Positions 8,253 through 17,996 of a DNA stretch of 64,000 bases are shown piece by piece. The notes beneath the pieces were generated by a model. That model did not search any database, was not told where the DNA came from, and was given only the letters and a program-made list of their open reading frames with translations. The position numbers and the translations under genes are program-made. This stretch comes from an uncultured Chloroflexia bacterium. GTDB lineage: Bacteria; Chloroflexota; Limnocylindria; QHBO01. The stretch is taken from assembly GCA_963695195.1 (NCBI GenBank), contig CAVOGE010000007.1, positions 831,756 to 895,755 of the forward strand, written 5' to 3'. How positions within the stretch are numbered: the first letter of the stretch is position 1; each line of letters starts with the position of its first letter.

Positions 8253-10286
8253 ATGGAGACTGAACCAGGGGGCCAGACCCAATCCGACGACCTGCGCGAG
8301 CTTCGTCCGGCCCGTGGCGGTCGGCCGGGTGATCGGTACGTGCGCGTGGTGGAGCCGTTCGCCTCCGACTTCCGCCGTCGCGCGCCCGGCCACCTGGTCG
8401 CATCCGAGCGCGTGCTGACGCCCGAGAGCGGCCTGGGACGCCTCGCCGACGTGCTGCGGAGGGTCTTGATCGGGAGACGGATCGCCAGCGAGAAGGAGGC
8501 GCAGGAGCGGATTGGGCCGGTCAAGGGCCTGGCCGTCTTCGCCTCCGACAACATCTCGTCATCGGCCTATGCCACCGAGGAGATCATGCGGGTGGCGGTG
8601 GTGGCTGGCGTCGCCGCCCTGGCTGCCACGCTGCCGCTCACCTTCGCCATCGTGGCGGTGCTGCTGATCGTGGTCACCAGCTACCAGCAGACGATCCGCG
8701 CCTATCCGAGCGGCGGGGGCTCGTACATCGTGGCCAGCGACAACCTGGGGGTCGGTCCGGGGCTGATGGCCGCCGGCGCCCTGCTGACCGACTACGTCCT
8801 GACGGTGGCCGTCTCGGTGGCCGCCGGGGTTGCCGCCCTGACATCGATCTTCCCGGGTCTGCACGACCAGCGCGTGCTGGTCGGCGTCGGCTTCATCGCG
8901 CTCCTCTGGATCGGCAACCTGCGCGGCCTGCAGGAGAGCTCGAACATCTTCGCGGTCCCCACCTACATCTACCTCGTCGCCATCTTCGGCCTGCTCGCCT
9001 ACGGCGGCTGGCTGGCGGTCTCAGGCTCGCTGCCCCCCTATAGCGCCCCTCTTGCATGGACGAATGCCGTGCCGCTGGAGGGACTGGGGCTGCTGCTGAT
9101 CCTGCGTGCCTTCGCGGCGGGATCGGTGGCGCTGACCGGCACGGAGGCGGTCTCTAACGGTGTCCAGGCGTTCAGGGCACCGGAGGCGCGCAACGCCGGC
9201 CTGGTGCTGATCCTGATGGGAACGCTGTTCGCGACCATCTTCCTGGGGATCAGCTTCCTCGCCTCCCAGCTCGGGATCATCCCGGACCCGTCGGAGCAGG
9301 AGACGGTGATCAGCCAGATCGCCCGCACGCTCTTCGGCGGCGGCACGCCGCTGCACTACCTGATCCAGCTGTCGACCGCGTTCCTGCTGATCCTCGCCGC
9401 CAACACCGCGTTCGCGGGCTTCCCGCGCCTCGCCAGCATCCTCGGCAAGGACCGATTCCTTCCGCGCCAGTTCCAGTACCGCGGCGACCGGCTGGCGTAC
9501 AGCTTTGGGATCATGGTGCTCGCCCTGCTGGCGGCAGGATTGGTGGCGGGGTTCGGCGGCAGCGTCACCAACCTGATCCCGCTCTACACGGTCGGCGTCT
9601 TCATCGCCTTCACCCTCAGCCAGTCCGGGATGGTCGTTCACTGGTGGAGGCTCCGCCACGAGGTGCGCGGCTGGCGCTGGCGGGCCGCCCTCAACGGCGC
9701 CGGTGCCACTGCCACCGGCGTGGTGGCCATCATCGTGGGGGTCGTCAAGTTCGCCCTCGGCGCCTGGATGGTGCTGCTGCTGATCCCGGTGCTGATCGGC
9801 CTGATGTGGGCCATCGGGCGCCACTACCGCAGCATCGAGTCAGCGTTGGCCGTCGACTGGACCGGCGCGGCCCTGCCTCGACGCGTCGCGCCCCGCGTCC
9901 TGGTGCCGGTGAGCCGGCTCGACCGCGCCACCCTGAACGCCCTCTCCTTCGCCAGCTCGATCTCGACCGACGTGACGGCGATCCACGTCGCGAGCGATCC
10001 GAGCGACGTGGCGCGCATGAAGGAGCACTGGGAGCGGTGGGGCGGTCCGGTCAACCTCGTCATCCTGGAGTCGCCGTACCGCGCGCTGATGGCGCCGCTG
10101 ATGGCCTACATCGACGCGACCGATAGCGGGGATCCGGCGCAACCGACCACCGTTCTGCTTCCCGAGTTCGTGCCGCGCCACTTCTGGGAGTACCCGCTTC
10201 ACAACCAGACCGCCTTTCGACTGAAACTTCGCCTCTTCTTCAGGCGTAACACGGTCGTGGTGGACGTGCCGTACCACATCGGGTAG
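8253..10286 (+). CDS. APC-superfamily permease with C-terminal cytoplasmic Usp-like domain
   Basis: N-terminal motif VFASDNISSSAYATEEI, 12 predicted TM helices. C-terminal ~150 aa resembles universal stress protein fold (VLVPVSRLDRATLNALSFA...). Confidence 0.75.
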   Translation: METEPGGQTQSDDLRELRPARGGRPGDRYVRVVEPFASDFRRRAPGHLVASERVLTPESGLGRLADVLRRVLIGRRIASEKEAQERIGPVKGLAVFASDNISSSAYATEEIMRVAVVAGVAALAATLPLTFAIVAVLLIVVTSYQQTIRAYPSGGGSYIVASDNLGVGPGLMAAGALLTDYVLTVAVSVAAGVAALTSIFPGLHDQRVLVGVGFIALLWIGNLRGLQESSNIFAVPTYIYLVAIFGLLAYGGWLAVSGSLPPYSAPLAWTNAVPLEGLGLLLILRAFAAGSVALTGTEAVSNGVQAFRAPEARNAGLVLILMGTLFATIFLGISFLASQLGIIPDPSEQETVISQIARTLFGGGTPLHYLIQLSTAFLLILAANTAFAGFPRLASILGKDRFLPRQFQYRGDRLAYSFGIMVLALLAAGLVAGFGGSVTNLIPLYTVGVFIAFTLSQSGMVVHWWRLRHEVRGWRWRAALNGAGATATGVVAIIVGVVKFALGAWMVLLLIPVLIGLMWAIGRHYRSIESALAVDWTGAALPRRVAPRVLVPVSRLDRATLNALSFASSISTDVTAIHVASDPSDVARMKEHWERWGGPVNLVILESPYRALMAPLMAYIDATDSGDPAQPTTVLLPEFVPRHFWEYPLHNQTAFRLKLRLFFRRNTVVVDVPYHIG

Positions 10287-10622
10287 CTGGCGCTGAGACC
10301 GTCAGATTCGATGCGCCCCGAGGGCAGGCTTCCAATCCGGCGTAACCCGATCAGCCTCTGGCGGGCAGGACGCGGATGCCTCGCCTCTCGCCTCGGCCCG
10401 CTTACTGACCGCCGTCTCTGTGCCTTCCCTGAAGAGGTGCGCGACGCGGCAAGCGCCAGCAAGGCCAAGTCGCACTCCGCCGACGACTGAGAATGCTCGC
10501 CTCGCCCACAATGTGATGGTGCGGCGCTCCCGCGGATCTCTCGCGCCACGCATCCTTGACCCCGTCCTGGGGCTGGTGGAGCGAGTCGACCGCAACTGCG
10601 GCGCATTCATCCCATCGACGAC

Positions 10623-10692
10623 GACTCGGTGCTTGGGCTTCGAGCTCACCCGCGTCTGGGTCGATCGGGAGTACCGTCACGACGACGAATAG
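10623..10692 (+). pseudogene. Relic 3' end of a duplicate of the small membrane protein gene (5120..5419)
   Basis: Encodes ...FELTRVWVDREYRHDDE*. 23 nt (GAGCTCACCCGCGTCTGGGTCGA) identical to 5349..5371. Upstream reading frame is non-coding-like. Confidence 0.5.
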
Positions 10693-10779
10693 TCGACAGG
10701 ACGACCGTATCCGACCGACCGCGCAGGCGTGGCTCGTGGAGTGATCCCCAGCCTGCCCCGTGGCATCGGTCCAGATCGG

Positions 10780-10885
10780 CTGGTAGACTCGGGCCCCGTC
10801 CGCGCCAGTTGCCGAAGTAGCTCAGTGGTAGAGCAACGGTTTCGTAAACCGTCGGTCGAGGGTTCGAGTCCCTCCTTCGGCTCCA
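10780..10885 (+). repeat. Direct repeat copy 2 (tRNA-Thr plus upstream flank)
   Basis: See copy 1. The pair brackets a 5.2-kb segment. Confidence 0.85.
10811..10885 (+). tRNA. tRNA-Thr (anticodon CGT), CCA encoded
   Basis: Differs by one nucleotide from the copy at 5496 (fully paired T-stem GAGGG/CCCTC). ~35 nt of upstream flank also conserved. Confidence 0.9.
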
Positions 10886-10910
10886 ACATTTTCGCGCAGG
10901 GAGAGGACGA

Positions 10911-11399
10911 ATGGACTGGCAGGACCCCTTCCCGTGGCTCCTGTTCCTGCACCTCATGGCCGCGATCGTGGCCATCGGACCGAACTTCGCCTACTCCACG
11001 ATTCGTGCCCTGGGGCGTCAGGAGCCGCAGCACGCCAACTTCGCCACGCGTGTCCCGCATGCGATCTCTGCGAGGCTCGTCTACCCGATCGGCCTGGTCA
11101 TCCCCGCCACGGGCGTCGCCATGATCCTGGTGCTGGGCATCGACCTGACAAGCCGGGACTTCTGGTGGCTCGACATCGCGATCGTGGCCTACGCCGCCGT
11201 GTACCTGTATTCGTTCCTTGTGCAGCGCCTCATCATCGAACGGATCATCGAGATCACCTCGTCGCCCCCGCCCCCGGGTGCCAGCGGGCCGCCGGCTGAA
11301 CTGGTGGCACTGGCCGCGCGCGCACAGCGCGGTGGCACAGCGATGCTCGTCGCGCTCTCGTTCGTCGTGTTTCTGATGGTGGTCAAGCCTCAGTTCTGA
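10911..11399 (+). CDS. DUF2269-like integral membrane protein
   Basis: 162 aa, 4 TM. Strong SD GGAGAGGA 4 nt before ATG 10911. Confidence 0.6.
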   Translation: MDWQDPFPWLLFLHLMAAIVAIGPNFAYSTIRALGRQEPQHANFATRVPHAISARLVYPIGLVIPATGVAMILVLGIDLTSRDFWWLDIAIVAYAAVYLYSFLVQRLIIERIIEITSSPPPPGASGPPAELVALAARAQRGGTAMLVALSFVVFLMVVKPQF

Positions 11400-11577
11400 C
11401 TAGAGGCAGTCACCGGTTGGTTGCGCGCCGGGACGTACCGATGGCATCGGCGGGTCGCAATCACATGGGACAGCGCCAATGTCCCATGAACCGCCGGTCG
11501 GCGACGGCAGTACCCTAGATTGACATCGAGCCCTGCGTGGCTCGGCATGCAGGCGACCCCGTTCGATTGGAGGCTCC

Positions 11578-12525
11578 GTGCTGGGCTACGTGATCCGCCG
11601 CGTCCTGTGGATCTTTCCGGTGCTCCTGATGGCCTCGATCATCACCTTCCTGATGATGCACGCCGCCCCGGGGAGCCCGTGGAGCCGCGAAGGGCGCCAG
11701 CTCGACCCGGTGGTCATCGAGCGGCTCAACGCGGAGCTCGGGCTCGATCAACCGCTGCCCATGCAGTACCTGGCATGGCTGGGTCGAATCGTCGTCGGCG
11801 ACTTCGGCCTCTCGGTGAGCGAGCACCCGCTCCAGGTCCGTGGCGTGATCGGGAACAGTGCACTGCCATCGCTGCAGCTGGGGCTGATGGCGTTCGGTCT
11901 GGCGCTCATCGTCGGGCTGCCGCTCGGGATCGTTGCGGCCCTGAGGCACCGGACGGTGATCGACTATGCGGCCACGGGGGTGGCCATTCTCGGCATGGCG
12001 GCGCCCGCCTTCGTGCTCGGCGCCCTCTTCCAGCTGGTCTTCACCGCGGGGGACTTCAAACCTCCGGGTCTGCTGCCGCGCCACGGTTGGGACTCGCCGC
12101 AGCACTGGATCCTGCCCACCATCGCGCTCGCCGGACTGCCGATGGCCCAGATCGCCCGGTTCACCAAGGCGAGCATGCTCGAGGTGATCCACGCCGATTA
12201 CATCCGCGTCGCGCACTCGAAGGGCCTCGAAGAGCGCTGGATCGTCACGCGCCACATGATCCGCAACGCGCTGGTGCCGCTGGTGACCATCGCCGGACCG
12301 ATCCTCGCCATCCTGGTGACCGGCTCGATCGCCGTTGAGCTGATCTTCGATATCCCCGGCCTCGGGCAGCTCTACTGGGGCTCGATTCGCTACCGTGACT
12401 ACGGAGCCGTGATGGGCATCACCGTCCTGTACGCCGGCTCGATCGCCATCCTCAACGCGGCGGTCGACATCGCGTACGGGTACATCGACCCGCGCATCCG
12501 CGACGGGTCGCGGGAGCCGGCATGA
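11578..12525 (+). CDS. ABC transporter permease, DppB/OppB-like (peptide/nickel family)
   Basis: Family-typical N-terminus (MLGYVIRRVLWIFPVLLMASIITFLMMHAAPGSP) and EAA-like loop. GTG start with GGAGG SD. Confidence 0.85.
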   Translation: MLGYVIRRVLWIFPVLLMASIITFLMMHAAPGSPWSREGRQLDPVVIERLNAELGLDQPLPMQYLAWLGRIVVGDFGLSVSEHPLQVRGVIGNSALPSLQLGLMAFGLALIVGLPLGIVAALRHRTVIDYAATGVAILGMAAPAFVLGALFQLVFTAGDFKPPGLLPRHGWDSPQHWILPTIALAGLPMAQIARFTKASMLEVIHADYIRVAHSKGLEERWIVTRHMIRNALVPLVTIAGPILAILVTGSIAVELIFDIPGLGQLYWGSIRYRDYGAVMGITVLYAGSIAILNAAVDIAYGYIDPRIRDGSREPA

Positions 12526-13466
12526 GCCAGGCGCGCACCCTGGAGGTCGCCACGGTGGATGCGCGAGGCCACGGCCGCGGGTACTGGACCGATGCCGTGC
12601 TTCGGCTGCGTCACTCTCCGTCGGGGATGGTGGGGTTGGTGATCGTGGTACTGCTCGCGCTGCTCGGCCTCTTCGGGCCGTTCCTGGCGCCCTGGGACTA
12701 CCGAGTTCAGGACCTGCCCGGCATCATGGCAAACGACGCGCAGCCTCTGCCTCCGCTGTCGCCGGGGCACCTGTTCGGCACTGACCGGCTCGGGCGGGAC
12801 CTGTTCAGCCGCACGCTCGACGGCGCGCAGGTCTCGATGACGGTCGCGCTCATCGCCCAGGTGGTGGTGCTCCTGATCGGTGTGCCGATCGGTGCCGTCG
12901 CAGGCTGGCGCGGCGGGCGCACGGAGACGGCGCTGATGCGCTTCACCGACGTGATCTACGCCTTCCCCGACCTCTTCTTCGTGATCCTCATCACCTCGGC
13001 CATCGTGTACACGCCGCTCTTCCGGCTGATGAACGGGCTGTTCATGGTCTTCCTGGCCATCGGCCTCGTCTCATGGGTCACCATGGCACGGCTGGTGAGG
13101 GCCCAGGTGCTGGCGATCAAGCATCGCGAATACGTGGAGGCAGCGCGAGCGCTGGGTGTGCCGGACCGACAGATCGTGCTGCGTCACGTCCTGCCAAACG
13201 CCATCGGCCCGATCATCGTGGCGGTGAGCGTCGGGATTCCGGCCGCGATCCTGGCCGAATCGACCCTCTCCTTCCTGGGGCTCGGTGTGCAGACGCCGCG
13301 CGCGTCGTGGGGGAGCCTGATCGAGGTCGGCATCCGCAACGCCGAGAGCGCGCCGTGGCTGATCATCCCGCCGATGGTCGCACTGGCGATCGCGCTGGCC
13401 GGCTTCACCCTGCTCGGCGACGGGCTGCGCGACGCGTTCGACCCGAAGACGAGCCGCCGCCGCTAG
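12522..13466 (+). CDS. ABC transporter permease, DppC/OppC-like
   Basis: GTDRLGRDLFSRTLDGAQVSM..., ATGA overlap with upstream permease. No cognate SBP/ATPase in window. Confidence 0.85.
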   Translation: MSQARTLEVATVDARGHGRGYWTDAVLRLRHSPSGMVGLVIVVLLALLGLFGPFLAPWDYRVQDLPGIMANDAQPLPPLSPGHLFGTDRLGRDLFSRTLDGAQVSMTVALIAQVVVLLIGVPIGAVAGWRGGRTETALMRFTDVIYAFPDLFFVILITSAIVYTPLFRLMNGLFMVFLAIGLVSWVTMARLVRAQVLAIKHREYVEAARALGVPDRQIVLRHVLPNAIGPIIVAVSVGIPAAILAESTLSFLGLGVQTPRASWGSLIEVGIRNAESAPWLIIPPMVALAIALAGFTLLGDGLRDAFDPKTSRRR

Positions 13467-13493
13467 CAGACCAGCGGCACATATCATCACGCA

Positions 13494-14240
13494 ATGGTCG
13501 ACCGGCCCCGGATTGTGGTCACCCTGCACGGCCCCGAGCAGGCCGCGCTCGAAGAGCCGACCTGGGCGACATTCGACAACTACCTGGTTGCGGTGCATCG
13601 CGCCGGTGGCGATCCGGTCCCGCTCGACCCGGGCACCAGCGCCGCTGAGCGTCTCGCCGCGTTTGCCGTGATGGATGGACTCCTCCTCCCCGGCGGGGCC
13701 GACCTGGACCCGGGCCTGTACGGCGAGGAGCCACATCCGGCCGCGCAGGTCGAGGCGGTTCGCGACGACCTCGAGCTCGAGGCGTGGCGGGCAGCACGCC
13801 GGCACGGCGTTCCAGTGCTTGGCGTCTGCCGGGGCTTCCAGGCGATCAACGTCTTTTCCGGTGGTTCGCTGGTGCAGCACCTCGAAGGGCACGACACCTC
13901 GGGCCTGCCGGCGGCCCATCCGCTGCACCTCGACCCCGCTTCGCGGCTCGCGGTCATTCTCGGCGACGCGGCCCCGATGATCAGCACCGAGGTCAACTCC
14001 TACCACCACCAGGCGGTGCGGCCGCGAGATCTTGCTCCCGGGCTCGTCGCCACGGGCCTGGCGCCGCACCACGACGGAGACCTGGTGGAGGCACTCGAGG
14101 CGGCCGATCCGACCGACTGGCTGCTCGGCGTCCAGTGCCACCCGGAGCGGCCCGAGTTCATGGCTCCAGAGTTCGACCGGCTGTGGCGCGCCTTCGTGGA
14201 CGCCGCTCGGGTCAGCTCAGGTCGACGTAGACGTTCTTGA
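13494..14240 (+). CDS. Gamma-glutamyl-gamma-aminobutyrate hydrolase family protein (class I glutamine amidotransferase-like, peptidase C26; PuuD-like)
   Basis: GVCRGFQAINVFSGGSL catalytic Cys motif, HH...E triad region. Confidence 0.8.
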   Translation: MVDRPRIVVTLHGPEQAALEEPTWATFDNYLVAVHRAGGDPVPLDPGTSAAERLAAFAVMDGLLLPGGADLDPGLYGEEPHPAAQVEAVRDDLELEAWRAARRHGVPVLGVCRGFQAINVFSGGSLVQHLEGHDTSGLPAAHPLHLDPASRLAVILGDAAPMISTEVNSYHHQAVRPRDLAPGLVATGLAPHHDGDLVEALEAADPTDWLLGVQCHPERPEFMAPEFDRLWRAFVDAARVSSGRRRRS

Positions 14241-15696
14241 CCTCGGTGTACAGCTCGACCGCGTGCATCCCCAGCTCGCGCCCGATGCCACTCATCTTGT
14301 AGCCACCGAAGGGCGCCTCGGTGTGTACGCTGCTGTTGCTGTTGACCGATAGCACACCGGCCTTCAGCCCCTTGACCACGCGCAACGCCCTGCCGATGTC
14401 GCGGCTCCAGACCGAGCCCGACAGCCCATACGGCGTGTCGTTGGCAAGGCGGAGCGCCTCCGCCTCGTCGTGGAACGGGATGATCGCCACCACCGGGCCA
14501 AAGATCTCCTCGCGCACGATGCGCATGTCGGTCCGGCAGGCGTCGAAGATGGTCGGCATCAGGTAGGCGCCATTGTCGAACTCGTCGCCGGTCGGGGCCT
14601 CGCCCCCGTAGACCAGTTCGGCTCCTTCTTCGCGGCCGATGGCGATGTAGTCGGCCACCCGCTCGCGCTGGCGCTGGCTGATCAGGCTCCCCATCTCGGT
14701 CTTGTCGTCGGACGGGTCGCCGACCACGACCTTGCGCGTCGCCTCGGTGAAGAGCTCGACTACGCGATCGTGGACCGTGTCCTGGACGAAGATCCGGCTC
14801 CGCGCGCAGCAGTCCTGTCCGGCGTTGTCGAAGACCGAGTACGGCGACTCGGCCGCGAACTTCTCGAGATCCGCGTCGTCGAAGACGATGTTCGGGCTCT
14901 TGCCGCCGAGCTCCAGCGAGATCTTCTTCACGTTGCCCGCAGCCAGCCGCATGATCTCCTGCCCGGTCGTCGTCTCCCCGGTGAACGCGATCTTGCCGAC
15001 ACCGGGATGCCCGGCCAGCGCCGCGCCGGCGGTGCCTCCCGGTCCGGTGATGACGTTGACCACGCCTGGCGGGAAACCGGCCTCCAGGGCCAGCTCGCCG
15101 AGGCGCAGGGCGCTGAGCGGCGTATAGCTCGCCGGCTTAAGGATGGTCGCGTTGCCGGCCGCCAGTGCCGGGCCGAGCTTCCAGCTGGCCATGTTCATCG
15201 GGAAGTTCCACGGCACGATCAGGCCGACCACGCCGATCGGCTCGCGCAGGGTGAAATCGAGCCCCGGCTTGGAGACCGGGATCGTCTCACCGAAGACCTT
15301 GTTCGCCGCGCCTGCGTAGTACTCGAACACGAGGCTGACGCCGAGTGCCTCGCCGCGGGCGCCGGAGATCGGCTTGCCGACGTTGCGGCTCTCGAGCTGG
15401 GCGAGCTCCTCGAGGTTCTGCTTCACCAGGTTCGAGAGCTTCTGCAGGGTGCGGCCGCGCTTGGCCGCTGACCAGGTCGACCAGCCGCGCGGGTCGTCGA
15501 GCGCCTTCTGCGCGGCGGTCACCGCGCGATCGACATCCTCCTTGCCCCCCAGCGGGGCTCGCGCAAGCAGCTCGCCACTCGCCGGGTTGGTGACATCAAA
15601 GGTCTGTCCGTCGGCGGCATCGACCTGCTCGCCGCCGATGATCATCTTCACGTTGCCGAGCGCCGGCGCAGCGGCCGCGCGGGATTCGGTGGTCAT
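14212..15696 (-). CDS. NAD(P)-dependent aldehyde dehydrogenase
   Basis: ALDH motifs (ELGGKSP, catalytic Cys in FDNAGQDCCARSR, GGYKMSGIGRE). ATG at 15696 (MTTESR...) chosen over the longer track ORF. Confidence 0.85.
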   Translation of the reverse strand: MTTESRAAAAPALGNVKMIIGGEQVDAADGQTFDVTNPASGELLARAPLGGKEDVDRAVTAAQKALDDPRGWSTWSAAKRGRTLQKLSNLVKQNLEELAQLESRNVGKPISGARGEALGVSLVFEYYAGAANKVFGETIPVSKPGLDFTLREPIGVVGLIVPWNFPMNMASWKLGPALAAGNATILKPASYTPLSALRLGELALEAGFPPGVVNVITGPGGTAGAALAGHPGVGKIAFTGETTTGQEIMRLAAGNVKKISLELGGKSPNIVFDDADLEKFAAESPYSVFDNAGQDCCARSRIFVQDTVHDRVVELFTEATRKVVVGDPSDDKTEMGSLISQRQRERVADYIAIGREEGAELVYGGEAPTGDEFDNGAYLMPTIFDACRTDMRIVREEIFGPVVAIIPFHDEAEALRLANDTPYGLSGSVWSRDIGRALRVVKGLKAGVLSVNSNSSVHTEAPFGGYKMSGIGRELGMHAVELYTEVKNVYVDLS

Positions 15697-15752
15697 GGGG
15701 AGCCTCACTTCATGGGCGGCGGATTGGGATGATTCTAGGCCGCAGACCGCCG

Positions 15753-16523
15753 CTAGAAGTAATTGACGCTGATCCCCCCGTCGATCACGAACTGCGCGCC
15801 GTTGGTCCACCGCGACTCATCCGAGGCGAGGTAGATGGCCGCGTTGACAACTTCCTCCGGCTTGCCGAAGCGACCAGTCGGGTTGCGGGCCAGGCGCAGC
15901 TGCTTGGCCGCCTCATCCTTGAGCAGCCACTCCATCAGCAGGGGCGTCTCGATCGGTCCGGGGCAGATCGCATTCGACCGGACGCCGCGGCCGCCGAATT
16001 GCACGGCCAGGGACCGGGTCAGCGACAGCACGGCGCCCTTGCTGGCGGTGTAGGCGTCCTGCGGGACGGAGCAGCCGAGCAGCGCCACGAAGCTGCTGAC
16101 ATTGATCACCGATCCGGAGCCCTGTTCCAGCATCCGCGGGATCGCGTACTTGCAGCCGAGGAAGACGCCACGCACGTTGACCGCCATCACCCGGTCCCAC
16201 GTCGCGACATCGGTGTCGATGACGCTGTGGTCGGGCTCCGGCATGATCCCGGCGTTGTTGTAGAGCGCGTCGACCCGGCCATAGGTCGCCGTCGCGTGCT
16301 CGACCATGCCGCGCGCGCTCTCCTCGTTCGACACGTCGGTCTTCACAAAGGTCGCCTGGCCGCCCGCGGCGGTGACCGCGGCGACCGTCTCGTTGCCTGC
16401 TCGCTCGTCGAACTCGGCCACCACCACCCGGGCGCCTTCTGCCGCGAACATCTGGGCGGCGGTTCGGCCCATGCCGCTGCCGGCCCCGGTGATGATCGCG
16501 ACCTTGTCGGTCAGTCGTTGCAT
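15753..16523 (-). CDS. SDR-family oxidoreductase
   Basis: TGAGSGMG Rossmann motif, NNAG, YTASKGAV catalytic Tyr-Lys. Confidence 0.85.
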   Translation of the reverse strand: MQRLTDKVAIITGAGSGMGRTAAQMFAAEGARVVVAEFDERAGNETVAAVTAAGGQATFVKTDVSNEESARGMVEHATATYGRVDALYNNAGIMPEPDHSVIDTDVATWDRVMAVNVRGVFLGCKYAIPRMLEQGSGSVINVSSFVALLGCSVPQDAYTASKGAVLSLTRSLAVQFGGRGVRSNAICPGPIETPLLMEWLLKDEAAKQLRLARNPTGRFGKPEEVVNAAIYLASDESRWTNGAQFVIDGGISVNYF

Positions 16524-16528
16524 ATCGG

Positions 16529-17914
16529 TCAGCCTCGCTCCAGGTATCGCTCGCGGTCCCAGGGATGGACGATCGCGTCGTAGGTCTCCTGCTCGACGCG
16601 TGCCGCGTTGAGGTAGTGCGCCACCACGTCGGCGCCGAAGATGTCGACGGCCGCCTGTGAATCCTCGAGCTCGCGGATTGCCTCGTGCAGCGCGCGCGGC
16701 ATCCGGTCGCAGCCGGTCGCGACGTAGCCGTTCCCCTTGTACTCTGCCGGCGGCTCGATCCCGCGCTCGATGCCGAGCAGCCCCGCCCCCACCACCGCGG
16801 CGTAGGTGAGGTACGAGTTCATGTCGCCGCCGGGGAAGCGGTTCTCGATGTGGAGGCCCGGCCCGTCACCGACCACCCGAAAGCCGGTCGTGCGGTTGTC
16901 GCGGCCCCAGACCACATTGACCGGCGCCCAGGAGGCGACCGCATAGCGCTTGTACGAGTTCACGTTCTGCGCAGCAAAGACGGAAAGCTCCCGGGCGTAG
17001 GCCATCATGCCGCCGAGGTAGTGGCGCATCGTCTCCGTCATTCCGTAGGGCTCGGCGCCCTCCTTCGCGAAGAGCGGCGTGCGCCCGTCGGGGCTCCACA
17101 GGCTCATGTGCAGGTGGCCCGATGACCCGGTCCAGGTGTGATCGGGCTTGCTCATGAAGGTCAGCCCGAAGCCGTTCAGCCAGGCGATCTCCTTTGCGCC
17201 GTGCTTGAACAGGACCGATTGGTCCGACATGGTCAGGACATCGGTGTAGTGGATGTTGACCTCGTGCTGGCCGGGGGCAGCCTCGCCCTTGCTGAACTCG
17301 ACGGGGATGCCCGCCTCGGTCATCAGGTTGCGCAGCCTGCCGTGGATCGGCTCGCCCTTGGTCGCCTGCAGGAGGTGGTAGTCCTCGTTGTACTTGCCGA
17401 ATCGCTCGAGGCCGACGAAGCCCTTCTCGTAGGCCTGCTCGTAGGTGTCGGTCAGCAGGTAGTACTCGAACTCGGAGCCGGCCATCACCGAGAAGCCCAT
17501 GGCTGCCGCCTTGGCGACGACCTTCTTGAGGATGGTGCGCGGCGAGACGGGTATCTCCTGGCCGTGGTGATCCACGGTGTCGGACAGCACGATGGCCGTC
17601 TTCTCCAACCACGGCACCACGCGCATGGTGTCCCACAGCGGGTCGGCGATCCAGTCGCCGTAGCCGGACTCCCAGTTCATAAGCGCATATCCGTCCGGCG
17701 TGTTCATCTCCATGTCGGTGCCCAGCAGGTAGGTGCAGAAGTGGGCGCCGTGGTCGATCGCGCCATTCAGGAAGGCCTGGCCCTGGACGCGCTTGCCCAT
17801 CAGCCGGCCCTGCATGTCGGTGAGGGCCACCACGAGCGTGTCGATTCGCCCGTCGCGCACCATCTGCTTCAACTCGGCGAGCTTCGGATGATCGCCCTGG
17901 TGGTCCTTGCTCAT
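16529..17914 (-). CDS. Glutamine synthetase-family protein (gamma-glutamyl-amine synthetase, PuuA/GlnA3-like)
   Basis: GS catalytic domain motifs (GSSGHLHMSLW, NRFPGGDMNSYL). Upstream of SDR and ALDH in the same operon. Confidence 0.85.
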   Translation of the reverse strand: MSKDHQGDHPKLAELKQMVRDGRIDTLVVALTDMQGRLMGKRVQGQAFLNGAIDHGAHFCTYLLGTDMEMNTPDGYALMNWESGYGDWIADPLWDTMRVVPWLEKTAIVLSDTVDHHGQEIPVSPRTILKKVVAKAAAMGFSVMAGSEFEYYLLTDTYEQAYEKGFVGLERFGKYNEDYHLLQATKGEPIHGRLRNLMTEAGIPVEFSKGEAAPGQHEVNIHYTDVLTMSDQSVLFKHGAKEIAWLNGFGLTFMSKPDHTWTGSSGHLHMSLWSPDGRTPLFAKEGAEPYGMTETMRHYLGGMMAYARELSVFAAQNVNSYKRYAVASWAPVNVVWGRDNRTTGFRVVGDGPGLHIENRFPGGDMNSYLTYAAVVGAGLLGIERGIEPPAEYKGNGYVATGCDRMPRALHEAIRELEDSQAAVDIFGADVVAHYLNAARVEQETYDAIVHPWDRERYLERG

Positions 17915-17996
17915 CGGTTCCCTTCGTCTCTCGTGTGCATGAAAGGTGGGCCGGCCGGATTGCCCGACCGGCCCACAACGGACGCCAGCGACCGAA

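Noticed and set aside
8051-8554. 167-aa minus-strand ORF overlapping the small ORF and the permease start
   Set aside because: Antisense to better-supported plus-strand genes, with a low-complexity product.
10420-10692. 90-aa ORF as a functional gene
   Set aside because: Only the last ~20 codons resemble the 5120..5419 protein. The upstream part is Arg-rich non-coding-like sequence, so I call it a duplication relic.
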